From Vicugna vicugna (lineage: Eukaryota), in assembly GCA_013265495.1 (NCBI GenBank), contig MU057416.1:56545-120544 (forward strand): DNA of 64,000 nt, given 5' to 3'. The notes beneath the pieces were generated by a model, which saw only the letters and a list, made by a program, of their open reading frames with translations, was not told the origin of the DNA and did not search any database. The translations under genes and the position numbers were made by a program. Below are positions 62,382 through 64,000 of the stretch, in pieces. The first letter of the stretch is position 1; each line of letters starts with the position of its first letter.

Positions 62382-64000
62382 TGCAATCAAGAGAGTTTCA
62401 GGGGGTGTTGAGTCTGCTTACAAAGAAAGGAGTAAGATCTCTGCGGGAGGTTAACTTCTCTCTTCTTCCAAAGAACCTTGACGTTTTTGCTGACTTTTTC
62501 TTTCAAGTTACAAGGCCTTTCTGTGTTCTTTGTCCTTGTGGTTCTAGTTTGAGGTCTTTTTCTTTAGTTTCCAATGAGTCAATTATCTGCTTGGGACAAG
62601 TGTATCAGCCTTTTGCGAGGAAGGAGATCTCCTGGCTTTGTGCACAGAAGGTAGGCAAGGCGTTTACTGTTCTTCCCCAGGCCTCGGGTGACAGGAATGA
62701 AGAGGCTTCTCGGGGTGTCGCAAGGCGCTGTAGCAATGCTGCGCGCTAGGGTTCCAGGAAGCCTGCCGCGTGCTGATTAAATCAGCATTAGAGGAAATGG
62801 GACTGTAGGTTTTGAGGTTCGCTTAAAATCATCTAAACATGCGTGTTGTGTTACTCTGGGCTTGCCCTGGGGGACGTCCTAGTAAGAGAGTCCAGTAAAA
62901 TCCACCTTATTCGAGTGGATTCAACCCGCTAGTGACTGACAAATCAAAACGGCGGGGACAGTGGAGAGATACAAAATATCGCTTACATGAATTGAAAGTT
63001 TTGTTTGAAGTGAAAAGCTAGTCTTTTGACATACGGCCGAGGCTTTTTTCTCTGACATAATTGGCAGATAGGACTGTCACTTACGATGACTTCCACCAGC
63101 TGCACCTCTGTTGCCTCATCATTACATACCAGGTGCAATTTCTTTAAATAGGTGCACAAAGTTAGAGAGTAATGGGAAGCATTCTGCGCGTTAAGTCCGT
63201 AAGGGGTTAATGATAATTCTCCCCTAACAGTTTAAAGAGATCTTGCTGTGATACCTGCATCACAATGCCACGCTCCGGCTTCATCACGTGCACAGATCTT
63301 TCCACACACGCACACACAAAAGCCCTTTTTCACAGGAGCACCTTTCCTTCTCTTTGTGTTCATATTTAATTAGTTTATAAAACTGAACTGTTATTGCATA
63401 ATTACCATCCTTGGTACATCCGGAATAAACAGGTCTGTGAACAAACACAGCTCTTCGTAAACGTGCATTTCACCTGTCAGAGCAGAAGTGTGAAGTCAAA
63501 CCGGCGACTGGCTCGCCAGCCTCTGGCGGGGCCTGGCATCGGCGTCGGCGGACTTTTTACCGAGTGGGGACCGCCAGCGACTTCTGTGAACGTTCAGTGG
63601 AGGTCGTTACAAGCAACTTGCTTTAATCTGATACCAGCAGTGTCTACTGACTTTCTCCTGAGTGCATCCCCCTGGATGAGGCCAGTTCAGGGAACTGGAT
63701 CTTGAGACACAGAGAAGGGATAATCCTGCAGGGAGATCACTGGGGAGGATCTGGGTAAGAAGGCTGATTCCTCAGACTGGCGTTAATAAATACACCGTCT
63801 CCTAAAAGTCTGAAGAGACGGGGTGACTCTGTGAGAGTTCGAACAGGTTGCGTGATCACATTGTCACCAGCGAAGGCTTCCTGAGTCCACAGTAAGCGCC
63901 TCCCTGCCTAACCCTAAGACTCCTTTCCTGGCTGCTGCGTTTTTTAAATTCAAATCTGCCAGAATAATATACTACTAATGTGCATGTGTTTTAAGCCAAC

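Noticed and set aside
1..64000. CRISPR arrays, operons or other prokaryotic systems
   Set aside because: The sequence is mammalian; there is no repeat-spacer array or dense coding structure.

Overview
Mammalian, non-microbial DNA. It is most likely camelid, judged from seven short tRNA-derived SINEs of the Vic-1 type and matching L1 3' ends. The window is mostly intergenic and rich in repeats (L1, L2, MIR, MLT1/MER21/ERV LTRs, a Tigger-type DNA transposon) and has an 811-bp assembly gap. The only recognisable gene is ATP6V1G3 (V-ATPase V1 subunit G3), three exons on the minus strand (62150-62069, 50157-49934, 44045-43872), with all splice sites intact. Each coding exon carries a lesion. (1) The start codon is ACG inside a perfect Kozak context. 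(2) Exon 2 is interrupted by a 131-bp copy of its own downstream intron (source 680 bp away, 4 mismatches), which brings an in-frame TGA. (3) The orthologous stop is TAC, which adds 28 aa. It therefore looks like a unitary pseudogene, although a cryptic acceptor plus an internal Met could still yield a truncated product. Other notable items: an orphan CpG island (~35.9-37.6 kb) with CRE/E2F/ETS/NRF1-type motifs that seems to sit on GC-enriched L2 relics, scattered GC/CpG peaks, two further local duplications, a GC-box minisatellite next to a perfect splice donor, and a 15-bp perfect hairpin. Ortholog comparisons and repeat family names come from memory of consensus sequences, not from database searches.
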